From NCBI GenBank assembly GCA_903920865.1, contig CAIXNN010000060.1:1-58622 (forward strand): 58,622 bases of DNA, in the 5' to 3' direction. Positions 30,371 through 41,487 of this stretch are shown here, one piece after another. The notes beneath the pieces were generated by a model. The model was not told the origin of the DNA and ran no database searches. It saw nothing but the letters and a program-made list of their open reading frames with translations. A program made the position numbers and the translations under genes. The number at the start of each line of letters is the position of its first letter. Positions within the stretch are counted from its first letter, which is position 1. The stretch comes from an uncultured Actinomycetes bacterium (GTDB lineage Bacteria > Actinomycetota > Actinomycetes > UBA12327).

Positions 30371-32335
30371 TTGTCCGTTTACCGGTACGGGGGTTATCAC
30401 GAGGGGCCAGACCCACTGGCCTCTCCCTTTGACGTTGCTGGGGTCCTTGATGAAATAGGCGATGAGGTCCTAGATGGATCAGATCCAAGGCAAGCTCTTC
30501 GCGATTTGCTACGCCGCGGCATCAATGGTCGCCGCGGCCTTGATGACCTGCTGAGCAAAGCCCGCCAGCGACGTCGTGATTTGCAAAACTCAGGAAACCT
30601 TGAAGGAACTCTCAATGAGGTTCGTGAGTTGCTCGACCAAGCAGTAGAGACTGAAAAGAATGCCCTTTTCCCTGACCCATCAGATAACGCACGGCTTAAG
30701 GAATCCGAACTGAGTTCGCTTCCCGACGATACAGCCAGCGCTGTTCAACAACTAGAAAATTACAACTGGACCAGCCAAGAAGCCGAACAAACGTTTCAAC
30801 AAATTAAGGACTTACTCAAACAAGAAGTTCTCGATGCCCAGTTCAAGGGAATGAAACAGGCTCTTCAAAGTGGCGACCCCGAAGCCATGAACAAGATCAA
30901 AGACATGATGAGCGACCTGAACGCCATGCTCGATGCCGATGCACGAGGCGAGCACACTCAAGAAGACTTTGACACATTCATGGAAAAGCATGGGGAGTTC
31001 TTCCCCGAGAATCCAGAAAATCTTGAGGAACTCGTCGAATCCATGGCCAGGCGTGCTGCGGCAGCCCAACGACTGATGGATTCGCTCTCCCCCGAACAAC
31101 GGGCTGAACTTGAAGACCTCATGCAGCAAGCATTCGCGGATGATCTTGATCTTCAAATGCAAATGTCGCAATTAGGTTCATCACTTCGGGATCGCAGACC
31201 CGATCTGTTTGGAAACTCGCCAGCCCGCATGCGCGGAGACAATCCGATGGGGATGGGCGATGGGACCTCAGCTCTAGAAGAACTTGCAGATCTTGAAGCG
31301 TTAGAAGAAATGCTCAATCAGGATTATCCGGGTGCATCTATCGATGATGTTGATGAAGAATTCGTTCGAAAAGCTCTGGGACGAGCAGCAGTCGATGATC
31401 TTGACGCACTCAAGGCAATGGAACGCGAACTTGAGCGTGCCGGCTACCTGAATAAGAACAATGGCGAAAGCGAGCTCACCGCAAAGGCAATTCGTCGCAT
31501 TGGACAAACAGCCCTTCGCCGAGTTTTTTCTTCTCTGAAGAGTGGCCCCCGCGGCGACCACGACATTCATGATGCTGGGGCATCTGGCGAACTGACTGGT
31601 TCTTCGCGCGCTTGGCGATTTGGTGATGAACAGCCTTTGGACGTGGTGCGCACGGTAAGTAATGCCATCCTTGCCAATCGGACCAATGCCGCTGGAGATG
31701 GAGTGCGGCTGGATGTAGATGACTTTGAAATTCGTGAAACCGAAACACGAACGCGCGCTGCCGTGTGCTTACTAGTGGACCAGTCCTACTCAAACATCAT
31801 GAACGACACCTGGCGAGAGGCAAAAACCACCGCGCTCGCACTGCACTGCCTGGCAACCACCCAGTATCCGCACGATGCGATGTGCACGATTGCTTTTGGC
31901 AGCATCGCTCAAGTTATCGCCCCCAATGACATCGCTTCACTGGATGCAAGCGGCTACCAGGGAACAAACCTCCAACATGCCCTCATGCTGGCCGGTCGAT
32001 TCCTTGACAAGCACCCTGACGCCGACCCCATCGTGATGATCATCACCGACGGTGAACCGACAGCACATATCGAACGCGATGGCACACCGTTCTTTTGGTA
32101 CCCGCCCACTCAGGAAACCATTGCACTCACCGTGGCCGAAGTGGACAAGATGACTCGGCGTGGAGCAACCTTGTCAATCTTCAGATTGGGCGATGACCCA
32201 CGACTTGAACAATTCGTCCAGGGCTTAGCCCAACGAAATGGTGGGCAGGTTTTTGCCTCACCGACTGGGCGACTGGGCGACTACGTTGTGACCAACTACC
32301 TAGCCCGCCGTAAGGGTCGCAGGCGCAGCGCGTAG
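30371..32335 (+). CDS. vWA-domain protein (Rv0959-like), partner of the AAA+ ATPase
   Basis: Helical N-terminus; MIDAS elements DQSYS, GTN and ITDGEPT. Confidence 0.85.
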   Translation: MSVYRYGGYHEGPDPLASPFDVAGVLDEIGDEVLDGSDPRQALRDLLRRGINGRRGLDDLLSKARQRRRDLQNSGNLEGTLNEVRELLDQAVETEKNALFPDPSDNARLKESELSSLPDDTASAVQQLENYNWTSQEAEQTFQQIKDLLKQEVLDAQFKGMKQALQSGDPEAMNKIKDMMSDLNAMLDADARGEHTQEDFDTFMEKHGEFFPENPENLEELVESMARRAAAAQRLMDSLSPEQRAELEDLMQQAFADDLDLQMQMSQLGSSLRDRRPDLFGNSPARMRGDNPMGMGDGTSALEELADLEALEEMLNQDYPGASIDDVDEEFVRKALGRAAVDDLDALKAMERELERAGYLNKNNGESELTAKAIRRIGQTALRRVFSSLKSGPRGDHDIHDAGASGELTGSSRAWRFGDEQPLDVVRTVSNAILANRTNAAGDGVRLDVDDFEIRETETRTRAAVCLLVDQSYSNIMNDTWREAKTTALALHCLATTQYPHDAMCTIAFGSIAQVIAPNDIASLDASGYQGTNLQHALMLAGRFLDKHPDADPIVMIITDGEPTAHIERDGTPFFWYPPTQETIALTVAEVDKMTRRGATLSIFRLGDDPRLEQFVQGLAQRNGGQVFASPTGRLGDYVVTNYLARRKGRRRSA

Positions 32336-32361
32336 CAGGCCCTTGCGACAATGAAACCCTG

Positions 32362-33603
32362 ATGCGTATCCGCAACCCTTTGTCTGGTCTTCCACGCGAA
32401 GTCGGCGTTCTTGTGGTGATTGCCTTTTTAGTCGCCCTAGGTTTTGGAATCGTTGCTCCGGCCATCCCACTTTTTGCTCGGCAATTCGGTGTTTCGTATT
32501 TCGCCGTTGGCGCGGTGGTGAGCGCATTTGCTTTCATGCGTTTTATCTCCGCCTTGGGAGCCGGAACGATCGTCGATCGCCTGGGAGAGCGAGTAGTTCT
32601 AACCGCCGGTGTGTGGATCGTTGCCATCTCCAGTGCGCTTGCTGGACTGTCAAAGACCTATGAACAGCTGTTGCTGCTCCGTGGCATCGGTGGTGTGGGT
32701 AGCGCAATGTTCACTGTTTCGGCCTTGGGCTTACTTCTTCGTAGCGCTGGCGAAGGTGAACGCGGGCGGGCGGCCGGTGTTTTCCAAGGAGGCTTCTTAC
32801 TTGGTGGGATCAGTGGTCCCGCTCTTGGCGGACTCATCAGCGCCTACTCAATCCGAGCAACCTTCTTCATCTATGCCGGCATGCTCATCATCGCTGGGAC
32901 CTTCGCGATCACCGCACTTCGCAACAGTCCAACTGCGCGCAGAGATCACACATCACACAAGGACGAGTCGGAAAGAGGACTCGCGCCACTGATGTTGGCC
33001 CTACGCAATCGATCCTTCGTGACCGCTCTGGTTATCAATCTAGGTAATGGGTTCTCTTCCTTTGGGCTGCGCGCAGCCCTGGTTCCGCTCTTTGTCGTCG
33101 AAGCGCTGAACAAGGGGCCTGTTCTGGCTGGAATTGGTTTTTTTGTTGCCGCTGGCATCCAAGCAATCCTGTTGATTCCGGCCGGGCGAATCAGTGATGA
33201 ACGTGGCCGCAAACCAGCACTGATCGCTGGCACCAGCGCAGTGACTTTGGGGATGCTTGTTTTGGCGTTATCGCACTCGCCGGTTGTCTTCCTGATCGCA
33301 ATGGCAGTTCTGGGAATTGGTTCAGCCTTCATGGGCTCAGCACCAGCTGCCGTCGTTGGAGATGTTTCGCCAACTCGTGGTGGCACCGTGGTGGCTGCCT
33401 TTCAAATGGCCAGTGACTTCGGGGCCATTACAGGTCCTCTGATCGCCGGACTACTCGTTGCTCAGGCTGGATATTCGGTGGCATTTTGCGCCGGCGCCAC
33501 GGTGGCTGCGTGTGGGCTCCTCCTTGCGTTATCCATGAAAGAAACGCACGCACGAGTGCTTAAAAAGGCACGACTAGAAACTGATTCAACAGGCGAAATC
33601 TAA
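32362..33603 (+). CDS. MFS transporter (12 TM)
   Basis: Motif A-like GTIVDRLGER and GRISDERGRK; LRGIGG. Confidence 0.9.
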   Translation: MRIRNPLSGLPREVGVLVVIAFLVALGFGIVAPAIPLFARQFGVSYFAVGAVVSAFAFMRFISALGAGTIVDRLGERVVLTAGVWIVAISSALAGLSKTYEQLLLLRGIGGVGSAMFTVSALGLLLRSAGEGERGRAAGVFQGGFLLGGISGPALGGLISAYSIRATFFIYAGMLIIAGTFAITALRNSPTARRDHTSHKDESERGLAPLMLALRNRSFVTALVINLGNGFSSFGLRAALVPLFVVEALNKGPVLAGIGFFVAAGIQAILLIPAGRISDERGRKPALIAGTSAVTLGMLVLALSHSPVVFLIAMAVLGIGSAFMGSAPAAVVGDVSPTRGGTVVAAFQMASDFGAITGPLIAGLLVAQAGYSVAFCAGATVAACGLLLALSMKETHARVLKKARLETDSTGEI

Positions 33604-33648
33604 CTCTTCAGGCAAGAATTGTGGTTTAGGACCTTGAGGGAGAGCCTG

Positions 33649-34305
33649 ATGTTTTCATTCGCACCGCGTCGCTTGATCAGCCCGGCTGAGGCTCTACCTG
33701 GTCGCGACAAACGAATCTTTGATATTCCTGATCGACATGCTGTGCTGGGCACCGTGCTTGAGCCACCTTTTCCCGCCGACCTAGAAACTATTTACTTTGG
33801 TATGGGTTGCTTTTGGGGAGCCGAACGCAAGTTTTGGCAAACCCCAGGTGTGTATTCAACCGCAGTCGGCTACCAAGGTGGTTACACCGAAAATCCCACC
33901 TACGATGAAGTGTGCACTGGACGAACCGGCCACACTGAAGCAGTGCAAGTTGTCTTTGATCCAGCTCAAGTGTCGATAACCAAGATCTTGAGCACCTTTT
34001 GGGAAAACCACGATCCCACTCAGGGCTTTCGTCAAGGCAATGACGTTGGCACCCAATATCGATCAGCTATTTACACCACGAACGCTGTTCAAGATGAGCT
34101 GGTGGCAGATTCCAAAACCCGGTACCAAGCCGCCCTTAAAGCGCATGGCCATCGAGATATCACCACCGAAATTGACACACTGGCTGACGCTGGAGTCTTT
34201 TACTTCGCAGAGGCATACCACCAGCAATACCTCCACAAAGTCCCTAACGGGTACTGCGGAATGGGCGGGACCGGAGTTTCGTGCCCCGTGGGCCTGCTGG
34301 ACTGA
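33649..34305 (+). CDS. msrA: Peptide-methionine (S)-S-oxide reductase
   Basis: [26 protein letters not shown] and AEAYHQQYL motifs. Confidence 0.96.
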   Translation: MFSFAPRRLISPAEALPGRDKRIFDIPDRHAVLGTVLEPPFPADLETIYFGMGCFWGAERKFWQTPGVYSTAVGYQGGYTENPTYDEVCTGRTGHTEAVQVVFDPAQVSITKILSTFWENHDPTQGFRQGNDVGTQYRSAIYTTNAVQDELVADSKTRYQAALKAHGHRDITTEIDTLADAGVFYFAEAYHQQYLHKVPNGYCGMGGTGVSCPVGLLD

Positions 34306-34317
34306 CACACTAGGCAA

Positions 34318-35100
34318 ATGCCTGAGATCTCCTACGCGGGAAACCACGAAGACATCCTGCTCAAGCGGGTGTTCAAGGACATCAGTGAGGGCTTCTTCAT
34401 TGACGTTGGTGCGGCCCACCCCACTAACGGGTCAGTGACCAAGTTGCTCTACGACAAGGGCTGGTCCGGCCTAAACATTGAACCGCTGCCACACTTTATT
34501 GATCTGCTCAATCGTGATCGCCCCCGCGATATCAACGTGGCCTGCGCTGTTGGTGCCACCGATGGTGGTGAGGTTGAACTTTTTTATGGAGCAAGTGCAT
34601 ACGGGGCATCCTTTGATGGCGATGGTGTGAAATCTCGGGCAAGCGAACATACCCAAATCGCCACAGTTGTAGCTCCCATTCGAAGTGTGGATTCGCTCTG
34701 GAAGGAACTGGCGAGCCAGCGCACTGTTGACCTGCTCAAAGTCGATGTTGAAGGCATGGAGCTGCCCGCGCTCCAAGGGTGCGATTTGAAAGCAATGTCA
34801 CCAACGGTAATCATGGTCGAGGCAACGCAGCCCTATTCCAGCGTCCAATCACACCACGACTGGGAGCCTTTGATCCTTGCTTGCGGTTACGCCTGTGCAC
34901 TTTTTGACGGAGTCAATCGCTACTACGCCAAGCCATACAACGCCACTGTCTTGGCTGAGCTCTCGATTCCGGCCAATGTTCTTGACGACTTCATTCCAGT
35001 TGCCCTGGCCGATGCTCGAGCCGAGGTAGAACAACTTAAACGCAGCCTGGGTGAACCAACGGCGAGCAAGCCGTCCTTGTGGTCTAGGAAAGGTAAGTAG
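34318..35100 (+). CDS. FkbM-family SAM-dependent methyltransferase
   Basis: FFIDVGAAHP, GWSGLNIEP, LLKVDVEGME and FDGVNRYY motifs. Confidence 0.9.
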   Translation: MPEISYAGNHEDILLKRVFKDISEGFFIDVGAAHPTNGSVTKLLYDKGWSGLNIEPLPHFIDLLNRDRPRDINVACAVGATDGGEVELFYGASAYGASFDGDGVKSRASEHTQIATVVAPIRSVDSLWKELASQRTVDLLKVDVEGMELPALQGCDLKAMSPTVIMVEATQPYSSVQSHHDWEPLILACGYACALFDGVNRYYAKPYNATVLAELSIPANVLDDFIPVALADARAEVEQLKRSLGEPTASKPSLWSRKGK

Positions 35101-35808
35101 ATGTCAGGCACACCCGCCTATGAACTAGCTCCCAATATTTGGCGCATTCCCGTGGCCACCTCTGATGGCATCAACGCCTTTGTCGTCAAGGCAGCCGACG
35201 GCCAAGTCACGCTGATTGATGGAGGCATTACCCAAGGCTGGAAGCGTCTAGAAGCCGGCTTCTCACATCTAGGACTTGATGTTTCTGATGTCACATCCAT
35301 CGTGGTGACCCATGCGCACAATGATCACGTCGGAAATGTTGAACGTGTTCGTAAGGCCAGCGGGTCACCGGTCAGCGCACATGTTGATGATGCGACATTC
35401 CTAGAAGCGGGTCAATGCCCACCCATCGACCCCAGCCGCAGATTTCGATCGTTGCTTGAGCGATTTGGCCGCTACGACAAGATCACCGTGAGCCACACCT
35501 TTTCCGACGGCGCACTGCTGGATGTAGCAGGTGGGTTAAGAGTGCTCCATACGCCCGGTCATACGCCCGGCCATACCAGTTACTTTCACGAACCCACCGG
35601 GGTTTTGATCACTGGCGATGTCATTCACTACTGGCGTTCTCAAATCCGCATTGGAATTAAGGTCTTTTGCCACGACATCGCCCTGAACGAACAATCCGCA
35701 CAACGATTGAGCCAGATCAGCTGCGACACTGTGGCATTTACACATGGACCGCACATCAGTGAGAATGCACAAGGCAGATTGCACGAGTTTTTGGCCAAAC
35801 GTGCCTAA
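35101..35808 (+). CDS. Metallo-beta-lactamase-fold hydrolase
   Basis: THAHNDHVG (HxHxDH), TPGHTPGH, TGD and THG motifs. Confidence 0.9.
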   Translation: MSGTPAYELAPNIWRIPVATSDGINAFVVKAADGQVTLIDGGITQGWKRLEAGFSHLGLDVSDVTSIVVTHAHNDHVGNVERVRKASGSPVSAHVDDATFLEAGQCPPIDPSRRFRSLLERFGRYDKITVSHTFSDGALLDVAGGLRVLHTPGHTPGHTSYFHEPTGVLITGDVIHYWRSQIRIGIKVFCHDIALNEQSAQRLSQISCDTVAFTHGPHISENAQGRLHEFLAKRA

Positions 35809-36098
35809 AGAACTGCTTTTAGCTCGCTGACCTGAGTATGAAGAAGATCTAAATCATTGCCCTTAGCCAAATACTCGCTGGCAATAATGCTCCATTGATC
35901 CCCGCTGGCCGGATCTGACAATCTCGGCACCTGGGGGGCCAACTTCTGGCACGCGATATAGACACGATCAGCAATAGATGGCTCACCATCGCTACTGCGA
36001 CTTAGCCGGTTCAGGTCCATTGAACGCAAACGATCAGCAATAGATAGCACCGAGCGGGCGAGAGCTTGCTCGCCCGCTGGCAACGCATCAAAGCCCAT
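35805..36098 (-). CDS. Hypothetical protein
   Basis: 97-aa ORF starting 7 nt after the Bax-inhibitor gene. ADRLRS...RL and VPRL...GDQ motifs recall a small actinobacterial family. Confidence 0.6.
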   Translation of the reverse strand: MGFDALPAGEQALARSVLSIADRLRSMDLNRLSRSSDGEPSIADRVYIACQKLAPQVPRLSDPASGDQWSIIASEYLAKGNDLDLLHTQVSELKAVL

Positions 36099-36105
36099 GA
36101 ATTCT

Positions 36106-36909
36106 TTAGCGGCTATTCAAGATGGCCAGGAAGCGCAAGATCTCCAAGTAGAGCCAGATCAGGGTGACCATCAGGGCAAAACCCAGTCGCCACGATTCGT
36201 TCTCTGGCAACCCTCGTTGAATCGATTGCGTAATGGCTTCAAAATCTAAGGCCAAGGTGAGAGAGGCAAGGCCAACCCCAACTAAACACAAGATCAGCCC
36301 AAGTGGCCCAACACCATAGAAGCCCCAACCTGACCCGACTCCAAACAGCGCAGAAATCAAGGAGATCACCGCGATCACTCCATAGGAGATCAGCGCGACT
36401 GTCATGATCTTGGCGAACCGAGAATTGACCTTAATAATTCCGGTTCGGTAGAGCACCAACATCACGGCGAAAGCAACAAAGGTGCCAAAGACTGCCTGTT
36501 GGACGATTGACTCGGTGTAGGAGAGGTCATACCAACGACTAATGCCACCTAAGAAAACTCCTTGGACGGCAGCGTAAGCGATGATCAACGCAACGCTGAC
36601 GTTGCGCTTGACCGCGTTAACGATTCCCAGAATCATCCCGATGATGGCCGCGCCAATCCATAAAAATGGAATGGACTCAGCGGTATTCCAGCCGAGGACA
36701 GCGCCAACCAGCAAGATGCCGAACAAGATGCTGGTCTTGACGACCACATCATCGATCGTGACGACGTTACCGGTCAGCGGCGGCCGGTTGTACATTTCCT
36801 GAAGCTGATCTGGGCTCACGCCAGCGGGTGCTTGGACAGGTCCAGAGCTTGGGTTGGACTTAGCCGCTTGCGCGTCTCGGCGCAAAATTGGGTTACGCGA
36901 TTCCATCAT
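36106..36909 (-). CDS. Bax inhibitor-1/YccA family membrane protein
   Basis: SRNP, TIDDVVVKT, LDFE and TLIWLYLEILR motifs; SD AAGGAGG. Confidence 0.9.
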   Translation of the reverse strand: MMESRNPILRRDAQAAKSNPSSGPVQAPAGVSPDQLQEMYNRPPLTGNVVTIDDVVVKTSILFGILLVGAVLGWNTAESIPFLWIGAAIIGMILGIVNAVKRNVSVALIIAYAAVQGVFLGGISRWYDLSYTESIVQQAVFGTFVAFAVMLVLYRTGIIKVNSRFAKIMTVALISYGVIAVISLISALFGVGSGWGFYGVGPLGLILCLVGVGLASLTLALDFEAITQSIQRGLPENESWRLGFALMVTLIWLYLEILRFLAILNSR

Positions 36910-36989
36910 TCCTCCTTGGGAAGTTGTACACCTACAACGTTAGCCAAACCCAAGCCAAAGCGCCTGCTGGCTCACCGCATACCTTTTAG

Positions 36990-37072
36990 TGCCCGAGGCG
37001 GGACTCGAACCCGCAACGCCTTTCGGCCGCGGATTTTAAGTCCGCTGCGTCTGCCAATTCCGCCACTCGGGC
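36990..37072 (-). tRNA. tRNA-Leu (anticodon TAA)
   Basis: GCCCGAG/CTCGGGC acceptor stem, anticodon loop CT-TAA-AA, long variable arm GCC-GAAA-GGC, T-loop GTTCGAGTC. CCA is not encoded. Confidence 0.96.
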
Positions 37073-37090
37073 GAGCACTATGAGAATAAG

Positions 37091-37621
37091 TTACAGGTAG
37101 GTCTGCCGCGGGTAGATGGCATGCGCCCCGGCCACCTTGTCAAGGAAGACAAAACCATCAAGATGATCAACCTCATGCTGGATGGCCCTAGCTTCAAAGG
37201 CATCAGTTTCGATGAAAATCTCCTCGGCGGTTCCAGGAAGCTGTGCCTTCAGCGTCAGCCGAGTCGCCCGCTTGACATCGCCGGTGAAGTCAGGAACTGA
37301 CATACAACCCTCACGGCCCTTTTCATTGCGAGTGGCCTCAACAATTTCAGGATTGACCACGACAAATTCGCCGTGGTGAATGCGAGCTTTTGGGTGTTTG
37401 CTGACATCGAGACTAAATACGCGCTGCCCCACCCCAATTTGATTGGCTGCAAGTCCGACACATCCGGGCGAGACCCGTTGCGTAGCAATCAGATCAGCAG
37501 CCAATTGGACCGTGAGCGGATCACGCGGGTCAACCTCAACACAACGTGTTGACAACACTGAGTGCGGCGTCACTAGGACGACTTGCACTGTGCCTATGGG
37601 CAAGTCAGGCATGTGCATCAC
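37091..37621 (-). CDS. def: Peptide deformylase (paralogue)
   Basis: GCVGLAANQIG, EGCMSVP and QHEVDHLDG motifs. Confidence 0.9.
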   Translation of the reverse strand: MMHMPDLPIGTVQVVLVTPHSVLSTRCVEVDPRDPLTVQLAADLIATQRVSPGCVGLAANQIGVGQRVFSLDVSKHPKARIHHGEFVVVNPEIVEATRNEKGREGCMSVPDFTGDVKRATRLTLKAQLPGTAEEIFIETDAFEARAIQHEVDHLDGFVFLDKVAGAHAIYPRQTYL

Positions 37622-38136
37622 AGATCGTCAGACTCCGCTGGTCGAAGGCTCGCCCCTACCCCAAGGTCTTCGGCAACCTGCTTAATCTGCGCCTCTAGTT
37701 CAGCCACTGAAGTACTAGCTGGAATATCAATTTCAGCAACCAGCAGGTAAAGACTTCCGCCCAACCGGGTCGTTAAGTCTGTGATGTTGGCCCCACCACG
37801 TGCCAAAACCTCCGTAATAGATGCCACGATGCCTACTCGGTCAGCGCCGTGAACACTGAGAACGTAACTTTGGCCAGTACTGGGTGCACTTGCTGCGCCA
37901 TGAAGTTCCATCACCACTACGTCAAGGTCCTTGTCGCCAAACTTTTCGTCAAGGATTGCGCGAAGTGACTGCTCGGTCGCATCAGTACTGACCACCAGGG
38001 TCATCACAAAATGGCCACGTAGCAAGGTCATTGAGGTGTCCTCAAGATTGCCGCCAAGATCGGCAAGGGCACCCGTTGCCTCAGCGATAATTCCTGGGCG
38101 GTCCTGACCTAAAATGGTCACTGCGAATGAACTCAT
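37618..38136 (-). CDS. Tandem ACT-domain protein (GcvR-like)
   Basis: Two ACT repeats (GQDRPGII...NLED and GADRVGIV...NITD); overlaps the def start. Confidence 0.85.
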   Translation of the reverse strand: MSSFAVTILGQDRPGIIAEATGALADLGGNLEDTSMTLLRGHFVMTLVVSTDATEQSLRAILDEKFGDKDLDVVVMELHGAASAPSTGQSYVLSVHGADRVGIVASITEVLARGGANITDLTTRLGGSLYLLVAEIDIPASTSVAELEAQIKQVAEDLGVGASLRPAESDDL

Positions 38137-38181
38137 GACGTATCCGATCTTGGTTGGCGGTGAACTCACTCTAATGCGTCA

Positions 38182-39096
38182 CTAGAGCAAAGACTGTGCG
38201 ATCCCATCCAAGATGTCACGCTCGCTTACCAGCACTTCGGGAATTCCGGTGGCCTTCATGATGCGATCAAGCACGAGTGCACCCGAACCAATGACATCTA
38301 CTCGACCTGGGTGCATGACTCCTAGCGTGGAACGCTGTGCCCTCGTCATGCCCAATAAAGTCTTTGTTACCTCATGAACCTGCTGCGCGCGGATCCGCGA
38401 ACCATGAATCGCCTCTGAGTCATAGACATCAAGGCCCAAGGCGATAGCCGCAACTGTTGTTACCGAACCGGCCAGCCCGACCAACGTCTTTGCCTGGGCA
38501 AAATCAACAACCTCACCGGCTTTTGCAATCAAAGAATCCACGAATACGCTGGCTTGGTCAATCTGCGCAGGCGATGGTGGGTCATCATGCAAGATGCGTT
38601 CAGTTAAGCGAACACACCCCATATCAACCGAGATTGCTGAGGTTGGTGCGCTGACTCCCAAAACGAATTCGGTGGAGCCACCCCCAATATCGATCACTAA
38701 CAATGGTGACTGAGCTGCGACCAAACTTCCTGTAGCGCCATTGAAGGAAAGGGTGGCTTCTTCATGTCCTGAAATAACCTCAGGCTCCACGCCGATGCGG
38801 GACTTAACACCATCAACGAAGATTTGCCGATTCTTAGCATCCCGAGATGCTGATGTGGCAACGAATCGAACTTTCTGCGCGCCTAACTTATCGATCACTG
38901 AGGCAAATTCATCGCAGGCAATAAACGCGCGCTCAAGTGCGGCCGATGAGATCTCGCCCGTTTGATCGACCCCCTCGCCCAAACGGATAACGATCATGCG
39001 CCGGTCTAGGTCTTCAAGAACGCCGCTTGAATTAACCTGTGCCACCAATAGTCGAATGGAGTTGGTTCCGCAATCAATAGCCGCAACTACGCTCAT
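38182..39096 (-). CDS. ppx: Ppx/GppA exopolyphosphatase (Ppx2)
   Basis: AAIDCGTNSIRL, ATSASRDA, DIGGGSTE and GRVDVI motifs. Confidence 0.93.
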   Translation of the reverse strand: MSVVAAIDCGTNSIRLLVAQVNSSGVLEDLDRRMIVIRLGEGVDQTGEISSAALERAFIACDEFASVIDKLGAQKVRFVATSASRDAKNRQIFVDGVKSRIGVEPEVISGHEEATLSFNGATGSLVAAQSPLLVIDIGGGSTEFVLGVSAPTSAISVDMGCVRLTERILHDDPPSPAQIDQASVFVDSLIAKAGEVVDFAQAKTLVGLAGSVTTVAAIALGLDVYDSEAIHGSRIRAQQVHEVTKTLLGMTRAQRSTLGVMHPGRVDVIGSGALVLDRIMKATGIPEVLVSERDILDGIAQSLL

Positions 39097-39617
39097 GACG
39101 CACCCCCCGCGAATTTTTGACTACATGGGCCGCTAAGCCACCACTTGGGCAACAATGCAAGCACCTCATCACCCAGCGGATTAACGCCTGGACCGGCGGC
39201 TAGTGAATGCGCGGCTAGAACATGCAGACATTTGACTCGATCCGGCATCCCACCAGCGGAGATCCCGGCAATGTGATCAACACTTTGTATCTGTTCGCGC
39301 CGTTGCAAGTAGTCCTCATGAGCGGCACGATAGGCAACGCCTAAATCGGGCTCCGTCGTCAATCGCTCTTGCATGCGCTTCATCAGGCCTGATGCCTCAA
39401 GTGTGCCAATAGCTGAGGCTGCCTTTGGGCAGGTCAGGTAGAACAAGGTGGGAAAGGGTTCGCCGTCTTCTAACGCAGGGGAAGTTTCCACAACATCGGG
39501 CGCCCCGCATTCGCAGCGATGGGCCACATTTCGCGTTCCACGTACCGGCCTGCCCAATTGTTGAGTAACCATCGTCAGGTCATCGGATGAAATTTCGTTG
39601 GAACCATTGGTCGACAC
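39093..39617 (-). CDS. DUF501-domain protein
   Basis: QLGR, PFPTLFYLTCP and SAGGMPDRVKCLH motifs. Confidence 0.92.
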   Translation of the reverse strand: MSTNGSNEISSDDLTMVTQQLGRPVRGTRNVAHRCECGAPDVVETSPALEDGEPFPTLFYLTCPKAASAIGTLEASGLMKRMQERLTTEPDLGVAYRAAHEDYLQRREQIQSVDHIAGISAGGMPDRVKCLHVLAAHSLAAGPGVNPLGDEVLALLPKWWLSGPCSQKFAGGAS

Positions 39618-39633
39618 AGCGGGCTGCTACTAA

Positions 39634-40062
39634 CTACTTGCCAACGGGAGCATCAGCAACTTGCACTGATTGCCATAGCAAGGTGTACCAGGCAGTCGAA
39701 GAGGTATTGGCCGCGCGGCCGGTAGCGATTTGAGCCGGCGTGGAATTGGGATCTAGGACTACGTAGCTGACCTCGCCTGGCATTACATACTGCAATCTCT
39801 GACGGGCTTGAGCCGAGACGAAGGCGGGATCTTTCCACTGTTCAAGGCGCTTTGATAACTCAGTGATGTGCGCACTCGTTCGCGCTTTGTCGGCTTGTAA
39901 GGCCGCAATTTGACTTCGTTGCTGGACGTATTCGCGAACCGGGACGGCGTAAAGGACAACCAGGACCGCAAGAATCCCACCCAAAACCAGGGCACGCGAG
40001 GTAAAGGGCGAGTAGTTCGCCAAATCATTACGAGCTGCGGGAGGTCGCGGGGAATCGGCCAT
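39634..40062 (-). CDS. divIC: Septum formation initiator (DivIC/FtsB family)
   Basis: TM helix plus coiled coil, WKDPAFVSAQARQRL.YVMPGE; directly downstream of eno. Confidence 0.88.
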   Translation of the reverse strand: MADSPRPPAARNDLANYSPFTSRALVLGGILAVLVVLYAVPVREYVQQRSQIAALQADKARTSAHITELSKRLEQWKDPAFVSAQARQRLQYVMPGEVSYVVLDPNSTPAQIATGRAANTSSTAWYTLLWQSVQVADAPVGK

Positions 40063-40079
40063 ATGCCAAGTGTGCGCGA

Positions 40080-41381
<1,302 letters not shown>

Positions 41382-41440
41382 TCAGCAGCTTATGTTTGAT
41401 CAGCCTACCGATAGGCAAATGTGCCCTGACACCAAGCACA

Positions 41441-41472
41441 AGGCCCGGCCTGAATATCTTCAGACCGGGCCT
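41441..41472 (-). terminator. Terminator hairpin downstream of the large surface-protein gene
   Basis: AGGCCCGGTCTGAA-GATA-TTCAGGCCGGGCCT, a 14-bp stem fully paired (one U-G) on the minus strand; the U tail is weak. Confidence 0.75.
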
Positions 41473-41487
41473 CGAACTTAGTGGGAG

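Noticed and set aside
35548-35575. CATACGCCCGGT/CATACGCCCGGC tandem repeat
   Set aside because: It encodes the standard HTPGHTPGH motif of MBL-fold hydrolases.
36990-37072. tRNA-Leu(TAA) as a bldA-type developmental switch or as an integration site
   Set aside because: TTA codons occur in core genes here (for example xseA, glpX, metG), so the codon is not restricted. No integrase or duplicated tRNA 3' end is visible.
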